A stretch of DNA of 64,000 bases, from contig JAKMXF010000332.1 in assembly GCA_024704765.1 (NCBI GenBank), forward strand, positions 540,018 to 604,017, given 5' to 3'. Shown here piece after piece: positions 61,385 through 64,000 of this stretch (position 1 is its first letter; every line of letters begins with the position of its first letter). Both the position numbers and the translations under genes were made by a program. The DNA comes from Oopsacas minuta (taxonomy: Eukaryota > Animalia > Porifera). Under the pieces are notes generated by a model, which was not told the DNA's origin, did no database searches, and saw nothing but the letters and a program-made list of their open reading frames with translations.

Positions 61385-63625
61385 CACTGTCCAACAAATT
61401 TTCATCATTTTTTGCTTCTGGAATACACGGTAATGTTTCTTATGTATTCAAGTACCCTGATTCCAAATATCCAATCAGTTTTTCTCTATCAGGCAGAGAT
61501 TTTGTAAAATTCAGAAATTTCCAAAATCATTTTTCCATAGATCTCTATAGAATGTATAATTGTATATGTATTAATACCTTCCGCATATATTGTCTAACAA
61601 TTCAAATTTTCTTAAAATATATAGAATATTACTTGCTGTTTCAAGAGGAGATTATCTGATTGTATTTTGTATTTATTTCTTTTCAATAATGTCTCGTCGA
61701 TGTTCAAACCCAACCGATTCTTTCTGTTATATTTCTAGAGAATTTACTACAAAATTTCAGCAAGGAGAGACATGTCTCCCCTTGTATACAAAGGATATGA
61801 GCAATATTTCGGTTGCAAGATTGGTGATCAAGATAAGCCTTGGGCACCTCATTTTTGTTGCTCAAAATGTGCAATAGGACTTAGTAAATGGCTAAATGGC
61901 TCACGTACTTCAATGCAATTTGCTATTCCCATGATATGGAGGGAACCAAGAGATCATTATACTGATTGTTATTTCTGTTTGACTGATATAAAAGGAATCA
62001 CTTCTAAGACCAAAAAGAATATATGTTATCCCAATCTTCAATCTGCGATTCATCCTGTTGAGCATTCTACAGAATTGGAAGTACCTAAGCCTAAGAAAGT
62101 TTCCTTTGATGACGATACTGTTGAATATGCCATGTTAGATCAAGATGATGAGGAATTTATACCTCCGCCTATGCCACTTGATAAAACAAGACTTCCCCAC
62201 ATCATTAATCAAAGTGAGCTGAATGATTTGGTTAGGGACTTGAATTTGACAAAAGATCAAAGTGAATTGCTTGGGTCAAGATTGAAAGGTTGGAACTTAT
62301 TGGATGAAGAAACTAAAGTTTCATTTTTCAGGACCCGTCAAAGTGATTTCTCTGTACATTTTGAAATGCAGGGGTCTCTATGTTATTGTAACTATGTGGA
62401 TCGTGTGATGGAGTTATTAGGTGTTCAACACGAACCATCAGAGTGGCGTCTCTCCATTGATTCTCCTAAGTACAGCCTCAAGGCGGTCTTACTTCACAAA
62501 GGTAATGTATTACCATCCATACCGATAGGTCATTCAGTACACATGAAGGAGTCTCATGAGAATATGGATATCTTATTGAAACTGATCAGATATGACTCTT
62601 ACAATTGGCACATCTGTGGTGATCTGAAGGTAATTGGACTTTTGTTGGGTATGCAACCTGGATACACGAAATATTGTTGCTTCCTCTGTGAGTGGGATAG
62701 TAGAGCAAGGCAATCCCACTATATAGTTAAGGAGTGGCCACTACGACATCAATTAACTGCTGGTACAAAGAGTGTAAGTTGTCAGTCCTTAGTAAATCCT
62801 GAGAAAATTCTATTACCACCTCTACACATAAAACTGGGTTTGATGAAAACTTTGTAAAGGCGATAGTAAAATACAATGAAGAAGGAAAAGTTTCAAATAC
62901 CTCAAGGACAAATTTCCAAAGGTCAGCGATACTAAAATCAAGGAAGGGATATTTATAGGTCCCCAAATTAGAGAACTATTCAAGGATCTAAGCTTCGAAG
63001 CATGTCTAAATTCTGTCGAGAAAGCAGCATGGAATTCATTCAAATCTTTAAATGAGAACTTTTTAGGAACTAAGAAATCACCAATTTATGAAGAAATTGT
63101 TGTGACACTACTTGATGCATTCAGAACAATGGGATGTAATATGTCTCTAAAAGTACACTTTCTTCACTCACATTTGCAATTCTTTCAGGACAATCTAGGT
63201 GCTGTGAGTGATGAACATGGTGAAAGATTTCATCAAGATATAAGCTCAATGGAAAGTCGTTACAATGAAAAATTCTCTCCAAACATGATGGCTGATTATT
63301 GTTGGTCACTAAAAAGAGATATTCCTGATGCCACATACAAAAGAAAATCATATTCCAAGCATTTCTAAATTAGCATAATAAATGCTAAACCAATTGACAA
63401 TTTTCATTGTAATTAAATCATAAGTATGCATTTGATTAGCCAAGCTAAAGAGATATATTTATAGGAATACACTGGGACAATAATAAAACCAAAATATTGA
63501 ATTTTTCAAAATCGTTGCCTGATAGAAAAAAACTGATTGGATATTTGGAATCAGGGTGCTTGAATACATGAGAAACACTACAGTGTATTCCAGAAGCAAA
63601 AATGCTAAAAATTTGTTGGACAGTG
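61385..63625 (+). mobile_element. Chapaev3-type (CMC) DNA transposon, transposase frameshifted
   Basis: About 135-bp TIRs starting CACTGTCCAACAAATTTT; exact TTA TSD (61382-61384 / 63626-63628). Transposase about 61689-63368: QDKPWAPH..C..C, WREPRDHYTDCYFC, YCCFLCEWDSR, LPPLHIKLGLMK, SDEHGERFHQDI. Confidence 0.92.
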
Positions 63626-63803
63626 TTATTGACTATCAATTTCAAGTAGTTTTAACCATTAGTCAAGTCTTGAACTTTACCATTTTATGCTGAATAGAAT
63701 ATCTTTGTAATTCTGACCAAGCTTAAGTATTATTAAACATATCGTTTATACTTATTTATCACAAGATCACAAACATAAACACTATTCCATTATTATTATA
63801 TCC

Positions 63804-64000
63804 TCCGCGAAGTTGAACTACCCACATGACGGACAGGACGGTAAATTCTACCGAAGCAGAAGGTCAAATGGGATGGAGTGCTATACTTGTGAGAAACGAG
63901 GTCATGAATGGAAGTTTTGCCCCAATCGAAAGTGTGCAATCTGCGGTCAGAGAGGACATACGCAAGTTCGGTGCCATAAGATGAAGCCTACTAATGTGGT
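63804..64000 (+). mobile_element. Gag-like fragment with two CCHC zinc knuckles (probable LTR retrotransposon), runs off the right edge
   Basis: Open frame ..MECYTCEKRGHEWKFCPNRKCAICGQRGHTQVRCHKMKPTNV; two CX2CX4HX4C motifs at 63879-63974. Not in the ORF track. Confidence 0.7.

Overview
AT-rich eukaryotic (animal-like) genomic DNA, not prokaryotic: no operons, rRNA/tRNA genes or CRISPR arrays were seen. The only host gene I can support is a complete protein phosphatase 1 catalytic subunit (PP1/PPP1C-like, 336 aa, + strand). It has three exons (9262-9561, 29010-29459, 45130-45390) and two very large GT-AG introns (19,448 and 15,670 bp); exon 3 is absent from the ORF track. The rest is a dense, nested collection of mobile elements, roughly 55-60% of the window by hand estimate and almost all DNA transposons. 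These include KDZ, CMC/Chapaev (x3), hAT (about 8, including two Buster-type), Tc1/mariner (DD37D, DD34E x2, DD37E, DD34D), MULE (x4), a P/THAP element, a Ginger-like integrase, Helitron-like elements and several MITEs, plus one decayed LINE and a Gag zinc-knuckle fragment at the right edge. Two Tc1/mariner elements look intact. The most unusual structures are (i) two tail-to-tail MULE copies sharing an apparently identical 1138-bp inverted tract, including the same disabling mutations, flanked by diverged sequence, (ii) a KDZ transposase facing a Ulp1-like protease/PHD-finger gene, and (iii) a sense-oriented P-element splice acceptor inside PP1 intron 2 that closely mimics the real exon 3 acceptor. 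All calls are from manual motif reading; no database search or alignment software was run.
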